64,000 bases of DNA from Eledone cirrhosa (lineage: Eukaryota), in contig OZ024763.1 of assembly GCA_964016885.1 (NCBI GenBank), positions 16,430,001-16,494,000 of the forward strand. Reading direction: 5' to 3'. The translations under genes and the position numbers were made by a program. The notes under the pieces are model-generated. The model saw only the letters and a list, made by a program, of their open reading frames with translations. It did no database searches and had not been told where the DNA came from. Each line of letters starts with the position of its first letter. The stretch's first letter is position 1. This document shows positions 11,756-24,794 of the stretch, in pieces.

Positions 11756-12329
11756 CTAGCAAAGTTTGGACATATAAAGTTTGGACATCATCATCACATC
11801 ACCGTTTTCCATTTTTCCATGCTAGCAAGGGTTAGACAAATTGACTTGTTGTAGGTTAGGTATATATATATATATATATATATATACAACAGTTGTACAT
11901 AAGACCCTATTAGTCTTAATTCTATCAACTCTTCTATTATTTACCATTTAATATAAACTGCTATAGATAAAATGAGATTTCTTAATTCAATTCCCTAATG
12001 CATATACCAGCTGGCTACTAGCATTGATGTTATTCAGTAGAAGTCGAAATCTCCCCCTTCCTCAATTGACACTTTATAATTAATACTACTACACCAAATG
12101 ACCAGCCCTGTCCATTGTTCAATTGGTCAAGTATAGATTAAAATAGGCACTCCCAAAAATTCTTATTTAGATAAAATAAACCATTTACTCATTGTATTCT
12201 CATTAGAAACCCTTTATATACTTGTTTAGCAGTAAATTGAATTACCATCTGTCATATACTATCCCCTCTTTTCTTCCTCTATTACCACTAATATAAATAC
12301 TTCAATTTTTCTGATTTTATCCAAAATCT

Positions 12330-12438
12330 CTGAAGAAGTGACAACTGATTATACATTTGCTATCGAATACTTGCTAACATTATATGATTACGCTGGCAGC
12401 GATACATAGGTATTCCGTCTGTTACAGAAACATATGTC
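12330..12438 (+). ncRNA. Possible hammerhead with long stem II insertion
   Basis: CTGAAGA a gtgaca ... tgttac a GAAA catatg TC; stem I does not pair well. Confidence 0.35.
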
Positions 12439-12481
12439 AATACCTAATAAATTTAAAAAAAAGCACTTTCATTTTATATTC

Positions 12482-12559
<78 letters not shown>

Positions 12560-12564
<5 letters not shown>

Positions 12565-12882
12565 ATGAAGTAATTCTGTCGGAAAGGTCCAGGAAAAAAG
12601 ATTGCTCTATGTAGGTTACAGAGCTTAATAGTTATGTAATAAACAACATAAGATAATTATTTCATTTACCAGTGGTTTTTTGAAAGCAAACAAATCTGCT
12701 TTCAGTCATCAGAATGAAACAATCGTGGTGTTTTTATTGAATGTGGATTTGAATGTGGTTTTCAAATCCACATTCAATAAAACACCAGGACTTTTTCATT
12801 CTGATGACTGAAAACAGATTTGTTTGCTTTCAAAAAACCACTGGTAAATGAAATAATTATCTTATGTTATTTATTACATAAC
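12560..12882. mobile_element. Family C fold-back element; hammerheads at 12660-12719 (-) and 12794-12853 (+), both with GAAA changed to AAAA
   Basis: Inverted arms around 12754-12760; tttcatt CTGATGA c tgaaagcaga tttg tttgctttca a AAAA ccactgg TA aatgaaa. Confidence 0.72.
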
Positions 12883-12913
<31 letters not shown>

Positions 12914-12917
12914 TTTT

Positions 12918-13242
12918 CATTTTACGTCCACTTTTCCCTGCTTGCAAGGGTGGGATGGGAACTGATTCTGGCTTGATTTCTACAGCTGGATGCCCTTCCT
13001 AACACCAACCTCATTTACAGTGAGTGCTGGGTGCTTTTTTGCCGTGGCACCTCCACGACCACTTTGCAGTGGAATGATAGGGACCCCAGTCCCTATCATC
13101 TCATTTCTACAGCTGAGTAAACTGGAGCAATGTGAAATAAAGTGTCTTGCTCAAGGAAACAACACATCACCCGGTCTGAGAATTGAACTCACAATCTTTC
13201 GATTGCAAGGCCAATGCTCTAACCACTAAGCCATGTGCCTCC
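12918..13242 (-). mobile_element. SINE family 1 copy
   Basis: Full head-to-tail match to 47104-47445. Confidence 0.9.
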
Positions 13243-13275
<33 letters not shown>

Positions 13276-13429
13276 GAGAGAGAGAAAGAGAAATAGAGAG
13301 AGAGAAATAGAAATAGAAAGAGAGAGGGAGAGAGAGAGACTGTTTGTGAAAGACAGATAGATATCACTATAGTAACTAACTACACAGCAAATTACACTTT
13401 CCCACCAATACTCCCACCTTGCTCTGACC

Positions 13430-13558
13430 ATTGTTCCTGACTTGTGTGTTTATAACTAAAGACACTGTTCCTCAAATGAGATGTTTTATGACTGGAAGAA
13501 TTGTTCATGAACCGATTTGACCACGAAGACAGGTGTTTATGAACCGAGATTCCACTAT
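13430..13558. mobile_element. Possible pogo/Tigger-like DNA transposon end
   Basis: Reverse complement reads TA-TAGTGGAATCTCGGTTCATAAAC, resembling CAGTGGAACCTCG-type termini; no partner end seen. Confidence 0.35.
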
Positions 13559-13819
13559 ATTTCTAATAGTGTGTTGTAGTTTGCTTGAAGCATTGTGTTA
13601 GTATATAAAGAAGTTATGTTATTTGAAGGCTACGACAATACAAAATGGACGGTAGATATTGGAATAAATTGAAGGTAACAAAGAAGAAAGATGTTACCTG
13701 TAATCTTATTTACCTGTCCTAATATTTCAGGTCTCAAATCTCTTTGTCAGAAGACTATAAAAAACTGGCTTGCAGTTTGTGCTTTTGTTATTGTTATCAG
13801 CTCACCATTTTCCCCATCA

Positions 13820-14005
13820 TTGGATTGGCAGTATCGGTAGAGGGTCGGACGCCATGCTTTGACGCATAGAGTTACGTCCCTTTACATTCTGAGTTCAAAT
13901 CCCGCCAAGTTTAACTTTGCCTTTCATCCTTACGGGGGTCGATAAAATAAAAGTACCAGTAATACACTGGATAATTGCTGGCCTTGTGCCAAAAGTAGAA
14001 ACGAT
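13820..14005 (+). mobile_element. tRNA-derived SINE family 2 (Meta-domain-like body)
   Basis: TGGCAGTATCGG..GAGTTCAAATCC then TTGCCTTTCATCCTT..GGGGTCGATAAAATAAAAGTACCAGT; other copies at 31180-31328, 32100-32286, 39660-40048 and 40848-41022. Domain name is from memory. Confidence 0.8.
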
Positions 14006-14246
14006 TATATATACATACATATTTTCTTTTTTCTTTTTATTCACATTGTATAGTTCAGCTAATAGGTAGCTAGGTTTGTGAACCAGTCAGTCATACCTGG
14101 AGTGATAAGAAAAAAGCACTCAACATCATGTGTATCTTCCATCGTAGATGTGGTATATCATGGGAGCATGGGTGGTACATGAATGTAGTTAAATACTTCA
14201 ATGAAAATATGAGTAGGCCAGATTCTAATAGCTTATTTTATTGTTG

Positions 14247-14295
<49 letters not shown>

Positions 14296-14364
14296 AGATC
14301 AAAAGATGGTTTCATATATATATATATGAAAAAGATGGTTTCATATATATATATATGAAAAAGT

Positions 14365-14552
14365 ATGACCCCGACGACAGAGCTCAAGCCGTTTCGACGG
14401 CTATTTCTGGACTAAATTACCCTGGTGAATAAATACCCAAACTTTTCAAGGGGGTACTTCCTTATATGGGAAGATTGTAGTTGTCTACTACCCTAAGTAT
14501 TGAGTACTCTGGTGCGTTATGGTCCATCTGGTTCCTTACCACAATTCCTTTG

Positions 14553-14555
<3 letters not shown>
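14365..14555. mobile_element. Family F Penelope-like terminal element
   Basis: Both halves match 60208-60412 (one direct, one inverted); TA flanks. Confidence 0.6.
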
Positions 14556-14621
<66 letters not shown>

Positions 14622-14670
14622 TATATATTCATAGATACATATATATATATTCATACATATATATATATTC

Positions 14671-14736
<66 letters not shown>

Positions 14737-14764
14737 TCATACATACATACATATATATATATAT

Positions 14765-14908
14765 GGTGGCTGCCAACTCGTTTTCGAGTACAGCCACTAC
14801 TTTATATCCATGTAGGAGAACCCCTACCAATGCCCTGAACGAGTGTGACTTTTTAGTCCAGCCAGCGACTTGAAAACTCTGGTACAAACACTACACTTGT
14901 GACAATTA
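14765..14908 (-). mobile_element. 3' end of bipartite non-autonomous RTE derivative
   Basis: Near-identical to 50768-50910. Confidence 0.7.
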
Positions 14909-15146
14909 TTGTTGTGTGTGTGTTCTGTTGTTGTGAGTGTGTTCTGTTATTAATTCTGGCAATATTACACAAATATGACCCTCCCCAAGTATAACAATAT
15001 TTGTTTCGACACACGATTTCATATAAAAAACCTTGCAAAACTATATATATATATATATATAGTACATTATTCCGGGTTGAATCGGAGGTAACCACAGTAA
15101 GTAAGGTACTCAATACATTGCAGAGTATAAAAGTTTTAATATAGAT

Positions 15147-15199
15147 GAGATTCTACAGGACTAGAACTGTTTCATTCTTTAGAAATCATCAGGAATCTC
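15147..15199 (-). ncRNA. Type I hammerhead ribozyme (family D)
   Basis: gagattc CTGATGA tttc taaa gaat GAAA cag ttctagtc ctg TA gaatctc; perfect 7-bp stem I. Confidence 0.82.
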
Positions 15200-15201
15200 C
15201 A

Positions 15202-15254
15202 GGGATTCCTGATGATTTCTAAAGAATGAAACAGTTCTAGTCCTGTAGAATCTC
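15202..15254 (+). ncRNA. Type I hammerhead ribozyme (family D)
   Basis: Mirror copy; CTGATGA 15209, GAAA 15228. Confidence 0.8.
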
Positions 15255-15265
15255 ATCTATATTAA

Positions 15266-15306
<41 letters not shown>

Positions 15307-15309
15307 CAA

Positions 15310-15460
15310 TGATATTAAATTATTAAATAAATGGAAACTATATTTATAAAACCATATTTATTTAATATCATTGAATATTTACTCCAGAAATCTGTCAAGT
15401 GCTCTGAATCAGTTATAAACATTTATATTTGTTGAATTTCCAACAAATTAAATATCCCTT
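15310..15460. mobile_element. Diverged family A tail fragment with short inversion
   Basis: ATAAATGGAAACTATATTTATAAAACCATATTTATTT plus a tail resembling 11510-11600. Confidence 0.6.
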
Positions 15461-15526
15461 CTACTTATATATATATATTTATATATATATACATATATAT
15501 ATATACACATATATATATATATATAT

Positions 15527-15575
<49 letters not shown>

Positions 15576-15585
15576 TATATATACA

Positions 15586-15606
15586 TATATCAACTAGAAA
15601 TTGATT

Positions 15607-15651
<45 letters not shown>

Positions 15652-16255
15652 AACATGAAACAATCACAGGGGATAATCTGTAAAAGTGTGTAAGCACACA
15701 CAGCTTTGTGGGTAACTAATTAAAGTTCAACTAGAACTTCAAAAATCGATACCTTATAAATTGATTAATCTTCCTTGTATATATTTCATTAAAGAAATAT
15801 ATTTCACCAATTAATCGATTGGTAAATGACAGTAGCCAAATCCACATCAAATTCAAATGTGTGACTAACTATTAGCACGTGTTGCATTTAATACAAATAC
15901 ACACATCGCGCCAGCTTCGTCCCAGTGGCGTGAATAGGGTTTTCGACAACTAGAAATAGCAGTCAAAACCTTTCAACTGAGTTAGCTCTACAATTAAGGG
16001 GCCGTATTTATATATATCCAAAATTGAAATTAAATTAATTGGTGAAATTTAAATTAATTACATACTTTTACAGATTATCCCCTGTGATTGTTTCAAATGT
16101 TTATTTTAGATATATATACAGTATATGTCAATCAATTTCTAGTTGATATGAAATGCTCGGATCTATTCATTGGAATCTTGGAGCATATTTTACAGTGGAG
16201 ATGGCGCATGTCTCTCTGACATGACACCCTTAATTTAATTTAAATTTTCGATATA
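15586..16255. repeat. TA-embedded inverted-repeat element (family L)
   Basis: 15586-15692 is the inverse of 16059-16149; 16009-16044 is the inverse of 16225-16259. Confidence 0.6.
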
Positions 16256-16260
16256 TATAT

Positions 16261-16307
<47 letters not shown>

Positions 16308-16310
16308 TAC

Positions 16311-16418
<108 letters not shown>

Positions 16419-16619
16419 TTAAGTATACTATTTATGGTTATGCAAATACAAAAACCTTTTGTAGTTATATATATTTTTATAAACCCTAAATAGTGGTAGG
16501 CAGTAATATATTACTACCTTATTACCAGTAAGTTAAATAGCTCAATGTAATAACATCAGATGATTTACAGAGCAGTTATATGAATTATAAGAATCAAAGA
16601 ACTGTTCAAAACATTTTTA

Positions 16620-16666
16620 TGCTTACAACTGTTTTCTCCAAACCGAGGTTTGGATTCTTCGGAGCA
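16620..16666 (-). ncRNA. Hammerhead-like motif with CCGANGA core (family G)
   Basis: tgct CCGAAGA a tccaaacc tc ggtttgga GAAAA cagttg TA agca. Confidence 0.55.
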
Positions 16667-17288
16667 ATTTATTATTGAATGAACACTTATATGACCTCCT
16701 TTTCACCCAAGAAACATACAGATACATATGCAAACATTGTGGGTCAACATTCATTACAGCATTTAGTGTGGCAGTACACATTTAGAGAATACATTCATAT
16801 TAAAAGATACAATAAAAAATACAGGTTAAAATACAACATGAAATTAAGCGGTTATAGAGTGCAATGGTTATACGTGTGGCAAGCACGTGTGTCTTGTTTA
16901 TATAGTGTGGCAGAGAGTTATGTGTAATAGAAGCACTTAAGCAGGTAATCAAGAGTGTTAAGGGGGTTGATCTGGTAATGAATTCTTTATATGATTGTTA
17001 TAGCCTGTGCGTGGAGAAATAATATAAGTATTAAAAATAATGTAAGCATTAAAAATATTGGAAATGCGTAGCGAAGCGATGATATGGATTTCATGCACTG
17101 TGACATTTTCATAGTCTGGGGAGCGTATTTTTCAGATTATATGCCCCTCACATAATCCACGACGATTCGATATTGGGCGTTTGACAATCCAGTTAGAGAA
17201 TCGTAGTCTGATGTTCTTTAGCTCAATACAGGAGGATGTTACGTTGCGAGAATCGACATCGAAATATTTCGATGTCGATTCTCGCAAC

Positions 17289-17860
17289 GTATGCAGTAGA
17301 TGTACAGGGAAATTAGACAGTAGAAGTCGCATTGATAGACACATTTTTCAAATGCAGCAGGGCGCTATAGAAGTGGTGGATAGCTTCCGGTACCTAGGAG
17401 ATCAGATTAGCATGGGAGGAGGGTGTTCCGAGGCCATAGTATCTAGAATAAGGACGGGTTGCAAGAATTTTAGGGAGCTGCTTCCTCTGCTGACGAAGAA
17501 GGGTTTCTCCCTGCGTACGAAAGGCCGGTTGTATGATGCCTGTGTGAGGAGCGCGATGCTGCATGGTAGTGAGACATGGGCAGCAACTGCAGAGGATATG
17601 CGACGGCTGGAGAGAAATGAGGCAAGCATGCTCCGTTGGATGTGCAGTGTAAATGTGCGTGAACGACCCAGCATAATTATGTTGAGAGAGAAACTGTGTC
17701 TGAGAGGGATAGAATGTAGTGTGCGGGAGAGGAGACTGAGGTGGTATGGACATGTGATGCGCATGGAGGATGACCGATGGGTGAAGAAGTGCCAGGAAAT
17801 GCCAGTTGAAGGAAGACATGGTAGAGGTAGACCACGAAAAACATAGGCGGTTGAACCAGG
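17289..17860 (+). pseudogene. RTE LINE 3' fragment (family RTE-2)
   Basis: [31 protein letters not shown] then TAG in place of TGG; closely matches 49396-50295. Confidence 0.93.
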
Positions 17861-17864
17861 GATA

Positions 17865-17898
<34 letters not shown>

Positions 17899-18021
17899 AG
17901 AGTTAAACAAGATTCAATGAGTACATCAAAGAATGAGTTTTACAATAGATTGGAAGCACTCTAAAAAATAATATTTTCTAAAGTTATTAATAAAGATTAC
18001 CTTCACATATATATATATTAC

Positions 18022-18075
<54 letters not shown>

Positions 18076-18439
18076 CACATATATATATATATATGTATAC
18101 ACACACACACGCACGCGAGCACATATACACACACATAGTCAAGCCACCACCACCACCACCACCACCATCACCAATCCCCCCAAACTGTAACACCAGCTCT
18201 GTCTACAGAATATCTCTTTAAAGTATTACAAACGAGATCTGTAGATATCGTCTGCAACTGTAATACCATTGAAAGAAGTCTTAGCAAAAACTCAAGGAGT
18301 AAATACACAAAGCCAAATAAATCTGACTTCAAACGAAGGCTTTTGGTAAGAATGAAAGAATGAAAGAATGAAAGAACTACAGTGGAGAAGTTACCTCCCT
18401 TGTTTTACCAACTAACCACACCCTTGTACAGTTGAGTGT

Positions 18440-18471
18440 AAACATATATACATACACATGTATTCACACAC

Positions 18472-18510
<39 letters not shown>

Positions 18511-18563
18511 CACACACATTCACACACACTTTCATATATATATATATACACACAGTCATGCAT

Positions 18564-18594
<31 letters not shown>

Positions 18595-18634
18595 CACACA
18601 CATACATATTGACACATATATATATACACACACT

Positions 18635-18666
<32 letters not shown>

Positions 18667-19220
18667 CAAACACTCACATACACTCAAACACACACATAGG
18701 CACATACACACGCACACACATACACACACACACATAAATACACATACACACAAATACATGATGTACTTTGATATTTTTCAGTTGATCTCATCACATACAT
18801 ACACATTTCTTTACACACACACACACACGCATGTCTTTACACACACACACTCATTGGCACACATATGCACACACACTAATAGGCACATACACATATACAC
18901 ACAGAAGCGCACATCTCTATAAATATGCAAGCACACACACAAATACTTTATAAGCACACATAAACACACACACTTCACACGCACATAAATACACACCTAC
19001 ACCTACACACACACACAGAGAAGCACACACCTCTCTCTATAAAACACACACACACACACACAAGCAAACTCATACATACACACACACACACACATACAAA
19101 CACATACACATACAAACGCACACATACACACACACAAATACAAACACTCATACACACACACACACATACAAATACACACACATACACACACAAACACACA
19201 AACACACATACACACAAGTA
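18440..19220. repeat. (CA)n/(TA)n mixed microsatellite
   Basis: Direct reading. Confidence 0.9.
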
Positions 19221-19689
19221 CATAATGGGCATATATATTTCAATACTTTTTTTAGTTGATCTCATGAATTTTTTTAAAGATTTTTAAAAATAATTTCATG
19301 AATTTTATAAATTTCATGAATTTTATAAATTTCATAATTTTTATAATTTTCATAATTTTTATAATTTTCATATTTTTTATAATTTTCATATTTTTTATAA
19401 TTTTCATAATTTTTATAATTTTGATATTTTTCTTGTTATTCTCCTTCCTCTTCACATTGCCATTTTCCTTTGAACTATTTCATTATTTCTTGACCCTGCA
19501 ATGTTAAGTGTTTTGTCAGCAGTGGTACTAACACAGTGTGTTTCACAGTAGAGGGTTATATGAAGAGACGTGTTATAAGGTTATGTATGATAGTGTGATA
19601 ACTTGCCTGACATAGATACCTTTATTGTGAAACATGCTGTGTTAGTGCTGCTGCTAGTTAATCATAGACAGACAAGTTTCCTCAATCCA

Positions 19690-19862
19690 ATCCACAGTAC
19701 TCCTTCGTCTCGATCTAGCATTATCACTCCAAGATCTGTTAAGTTTCCTCCCGTGTCACCACTTACCAAATCCACATATGTTGTTGCAGTACGCCCTCTA
19801 CTTCTATGACCATGAGCAGGCTCCCATAAAATAGCTGTAAATGTAGCCTCATCTCTTCACCA
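19690..19862 (-). pseudogene. Decayed LINE ORF C-terminus (RTE-group-like)
   Basis: Minus strand LWEPAHGHRSRGRTATTYVDLVSGDTG..MLDRD; similar to 56040-56440. Confidence 0.6.
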
Positions 19863-19883
19863 TACATTTTAAAGCTATTTTAA

Positions 19884-20745
19884 CACTTTAGCATTTAAAC
19901 CAGTCGTATCCGGCCAGAATTCTTTCACTTCTTTCTGTTGAAACCGGCCGTAACTGGCCACTCATACTGACGTTAAGGTATTGTTCTCAAAATAAATAAT
20001 ATCAAAATCTCATAGATTCGATATTATGTGAGATATTATGTGAGGTAAAGCCTTTACTATGAAAATACAATAGTATATATAGAGTAATGTAAATGTTATG
20101 TGAGATATTATGTGAGGTAAAGCCTTTACTATGAAAATACAATAGTAAATATAGAGTAATGTAAATGTTATGTGAGATATTATGTGAGGTAAAGCATTTA
20201 CCATGAAAATACAATAGTATATATAGAGTAATGTTATGTGAGATATTATGTGAGGTAAAGCCTTTACCGTGAAAATACAATAGTATATATAGAGTAATGT
20301 AAATGTTATGTGAGATATTATGTGAGGTAAAGCCTTTACCGTGAAAATACAATAGTATATATAGAGTAATGTAAATGTTATGTGAGATATTATGTGAGGT
20401 AAAGCCTTTACTGTGGAAGTACAATAGTATATATAGAGTAATGTAAATGTTATGTGAGATATTATGTGAGGTAAAGCCTTTACTGTGGAAGTACAATAGT
20501 ATATATAGAGTAATGTAAATGTTATGTGAGATATTATGTGAGGTAAAGCCTTTACCGTGAAAATACAATAGTATATATAGAGTAATGTGAATGTTATGTG
20601 AGATATTATGTGAGGTAAAGCCTTTACTGTGGAAGTACAATAGTATATATAGAGTAATGTAAATGTTATGTGAGATATTATGTGAGGTAAAGCCTTTACT
20701 GTGGAAGTACAATAGTATATATAGAGTAATGTAAATGCTAAAGGG
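19884..20745. mobile_element. piggyBac-type MITE with an internal 72-bp tandem array (about 10 units)
   Basis: TTAA|CACTTTAGCATT ... AATGCTAAAGGG|TTAA; the monomeric version is at 31581-31786. Confidence 0.85.
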
Positions 20746-20929
20746 TTAATCAAGTTTGCACTATATGCAAATAAACATCTCCAGCTGATATTCCATGTGC
20801 AGAAATCTATATAAGCTATAGTTTATTCTTACTTCAGGAGTGAGTGAGTATATGTCACTGATGATGGATAAACATCCTGAAATGCTAAATCTGGGTGTAG
20901 TGTTCCCACATGGCTACTGAGTTAGCTGT

Positions 20930-21410
20930 GGAACAATGACAATGACAGCAACAACAGTAACAACAATAACAACAACAGCAATGACAATAACAACAACAGT
21001 AAAGATGACGACAACAACAATGATAACAACAGTGACAACAACAACAGTAACAACAGTGACAACAACAACAGTGACAACAACAAGTTACAACAACAACAGT
21101 AACAACAACAGCAGCGACAACAACAGTAACAACAACAGTAACAACAGCAGTGACAACAACAACAGCAACACCAACACCAACAGCAACAACAACAACAACA
21201 ACACCAACACCAACAACAACAACAGTGACAACAAGTTACAACAGTAACAACAACAGTGACAACAACAACAGTAACAACAACAGTAACAACAACAACAGCA
21301 CCACCACCAACAAAAACAACAACACCACCAACAATAACAACACCACCATCAACATAACAACAACAACACCAACAACAGCAACACCAACAACGGTGACAAC
21401 AACAACAACA
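20930..21410. repeat. (CAA)n-type tract
   Basis: Direct reading. Confidence 0.95.
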
Positions 21411-21489
21411 TACATCAATCTAATTATGGAATTTATGAGAAATCCCCAAAAGAACAATATATTTCTGCTACATGTATATATTAATGGGT

Positions 21490-21671
21490 GTGTATATATA
21501 TATCTATATATCTATATATATACACACACACACAATCATACATCCATACAAAGCAAAATTGCAATCCCACCTTTATACGCAAAATTATATTGCATATATA
21601 TATCTATATATACACACACACACACATATATATATCTATATATACACACACACACACATATATATATATAT

Positions 21672-21716
<45 letters not shown>

Positions 21717-21922
21717 TATATATATCTATAGATATATATATCTATATATATACACACACACATATATATATCTATAGATATATATATTGATATATATAAA
21801 CACACACACATATATATATAGATATATATATACACACACACACATATATATAGATATATATATATGCAATATAATTTTGCGTATAAAGGTGGGATTGCAA
21901 TTTTGCTTTGTATGGATGTATG

Positions 21923-21953
<31 letters not shown>

Positions 21954-22492
21954 CATCATCATCATTTTATGTGTATATATCATTTATGTATATATGTATG
22001 CATATATATATATATGTACATGTATGTAAGTATGTATATATATGTATGTGTGTGTGTATATATGTATATATAATGTATGTAAGTATATATATTATATATA
22101 TGTGTGTGTATATATGTATATATATTATATATATATGTATGTAAGTATGTATATATATATGTGTGTGTATATATGTATATATATATTATATATATATGTA
22201 TGTATTTGTATGTATGTATATATTTGTATGTATATGTATGCATTTATATATGTATGTATATATATATGTGTATATATATATGTATCTATATATATATGTA
22301 TGTGTATATATATGTGTATATATAAACTGTAGTGTGTGCGTGTGTATAATTACTATTAACATTAAACAAATCTATAAAATAATTAGTTAAATAATTAGTT
22401 AATTAAAAGTTAATGTGAATTACAGGATTAAATAAGAAAATATTTAAATTTTAATATATTTCTTCCATACCTGACATTTCAAAGAGAGAAGC

Positions 22493-22543
<51 letters not shown>

Positions 22544-22651
22544 AGGGTGTGCATGTGTATGTGAGTGTGTGTGTGTGAGCACATGATTGCATATGACTAG
22601 CAAACACACATGTGTGTATATGTGTATATATGTATATATATATGTGTGTGT

Positions 22652-22689
<38 letters not shown>

Positions 22690-22910
22690 TTTATATTTTC
22701 ATATGCACACACACATATATATATGTATACATGTATATATATGTATATATATTTATATATGCACACATATACATGACCCTCCCAATATATATATATATAT
22801 ATTTTTATATATGCACATATATACATGTGTATATATATATATTTATAAATGCACACCTATACATGAATATATATATATATATATATATTTATATTTACAT
22901 ATGCACACAT

Positions 22911-22950
<40 letters not shown>

Positions 22951-23195
22951 GCACACATATACATATATATATATATTTATATATGCACACATATACATAT
23001 ATATATTTATATATGCACACATATACATATATATATATATATTTATATATGCACACATATACATGTATATATATGTATATATATTTATATATGCACACAC
23101 ACACATATATATATATATATATACATGTATATGTGTGCATCTTTAAATATATATATATGTATATATACATATATATGTATATATATATATATATA
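21490..23195. repeat. TA/CA/TG microsatellite region containing one inverted repeat
   Basis: Direct reading; inverted pair 21528-21600/21860-21935. Confidence 0.9.
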
Positions 23196-23197
23196 AA

Positions 23198-23345
23198 AGG
23201 TCAGGTCAGAGTTCTGCTTGCTACTGGTTGTATGCAACCCAGCACAACCTGCTTTATGGTTGGGTAGTGGTTAACTGAACCAGATGCCTTCCCCACCAGA
23301 CCCTGGTCAGGTGACGATGGTAATTGAAACTCCAACAGCACTAAA
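23198..23345 (+). mobile_element. Diverged 5' end of RTE-type element
   Basis: GTCAGGTCA..GCTACTGGT..CCCAGCACAACCTG..ATGGTTGGGT aligns with the reverse complement of 51290-51375. Confidence 0.5.
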
Positions 23346-23602
23346 AAAACGAGAGCTTTTAAAAGAGTCAACAAAAGTCACCAAATCTATTTCTTTCAGT
23401 AGTTCCCGGCCATGACCCACTTACTGAATGAGACTATGAGCTTGTAGTTGTGAAGCTGCATATTAAAATGCAGTGCCCACATATAATTAGTTAGTGAATA
23501 TATTTATGTATGTATATATGTTATCTCTTTCTCTTAATTTCGAGTATATTTTTTTTGACCAGCCACCTTCCTGGTGGCAAGGTTGTAAAAGAAAAGAAAT
23601 TG

Positions 23603-23800
23603 TCATCCCTTGAATCGCAAGAATGTTTTGCAAATTTTGAAGGTGCCAGCTATCGCAGCCATTTGTAGACTCTGAATTAGGGAGCTGCGCTTTTTGTTCG
23701 CAAATCCAAGTTCAGTCATACTTTGGTCCAAGCGGGTTGGTATATAACCTGTAGCTCCAATAATGATGGGTATGAAGCTAAAGGTGTATCTTGGATACTG
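23603..23800 (-). pseudogene. 3' end of restriction-like-endonuclease LINE (R4/Dong-like)
   Basis: [35 protein letters not shown] fits the C-terminus of R4/Dong-type ORFs. Confidence 0.7.
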
Positions 23801-23937
23801 GATTTGTATATGTATGCATGTATGCATGTATGTATGTATGTATGTATGTATGTATGTATGTATGTATGTATGTATGTATGTATGTACGGACGGTTAGCAC
23901 AGATTAAAAGTGTATAATAATAAATATTTTCTGTACA

Positions 23938-23969
<32 letters not shown>

Positions 23970-24039
23970 CAACCCATATTGAGTACTCTCTGGATTTTGG
24001 TCTTTGTATTTATTTTACTACTACTATATATATAGTTAT

Positions 24040-24745
24040 ATAGTAAGGTGTATTATTGGTTGTGTCAAACGGTCCAATAATAAATTTTTGTTAGCAATAA
24101 TAAGTTCTCCACGCTTTTGTATATCTCCAATTCCATTTATGGGAACAGCTAGATGATATAAAACGGAGTATTTGTATCAAAATAAAGATCCGAAGGCATG
24201 GTATAAATTTCCAATCATTTTAATCATGTCACATGTTTCAATAAGAGATAGATCGATCGTATAGCCATGATCGATTATCACTGATCTCGTCAGGTGAAAA
24301 TGAATTGTCTTCAAATCCTTGATATGAGGGAGAAAATTAACGATGTTCACTCACAGAGTTTAGTCCCTCATGTGAAGATCAAGCAGTAAAAACACGGCGA
24401 CTGATATCGTCCTCAGTTAGGGTCATAAAACTATCAAGTCTCTATCTCCCAATAGCTGTAAAAGACGCTGGATATCAATAAAATCTGTAGAATTACAGTC
24501 AGTCACAGTTAATGTGGGTGGGTACACACACACACTCACACACACAACGCGAGGTCAAAGAAAAAATATATATATACACATACCAACATAGCATCAAATC
24601 TGTAGAACTATAGACAGTCACAGTTAGTGACGAGATCAGTGATAATCGATCATGGCTACACGATCGATCTAAGTCTTATTGAAACATGTGTCGTGATTAA
24701 AATGATTGGAAATTTATACCATGCCTTCGGATCTTTATTTTGATA
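24040..24745. mobile_element. Family E fold-back element with hammerhead-like motifs at 24224-24297 (-) and 24628-24696 (+)
   Basis: 24174-24292 is the inverse of 24628-24745; consensus tcac CTGACGA [long stem II with atcgatc/gatcgat] GAAA catgtg TC gtga. Confidence 0.7.
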
Positions 24746-24794
24746 TATATATGTGTGTGTGTGTATGTATATATATATATATGTGTGTATGTAT

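Larger units (their letters stand above)
15061..15270. mobile_element. Family D fold-back element
   Basis: Near-perfect palindrome 15132-15270 centred at 15200-15201, with an extra tail on the left; TA flanks. Confidence 0.8.
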
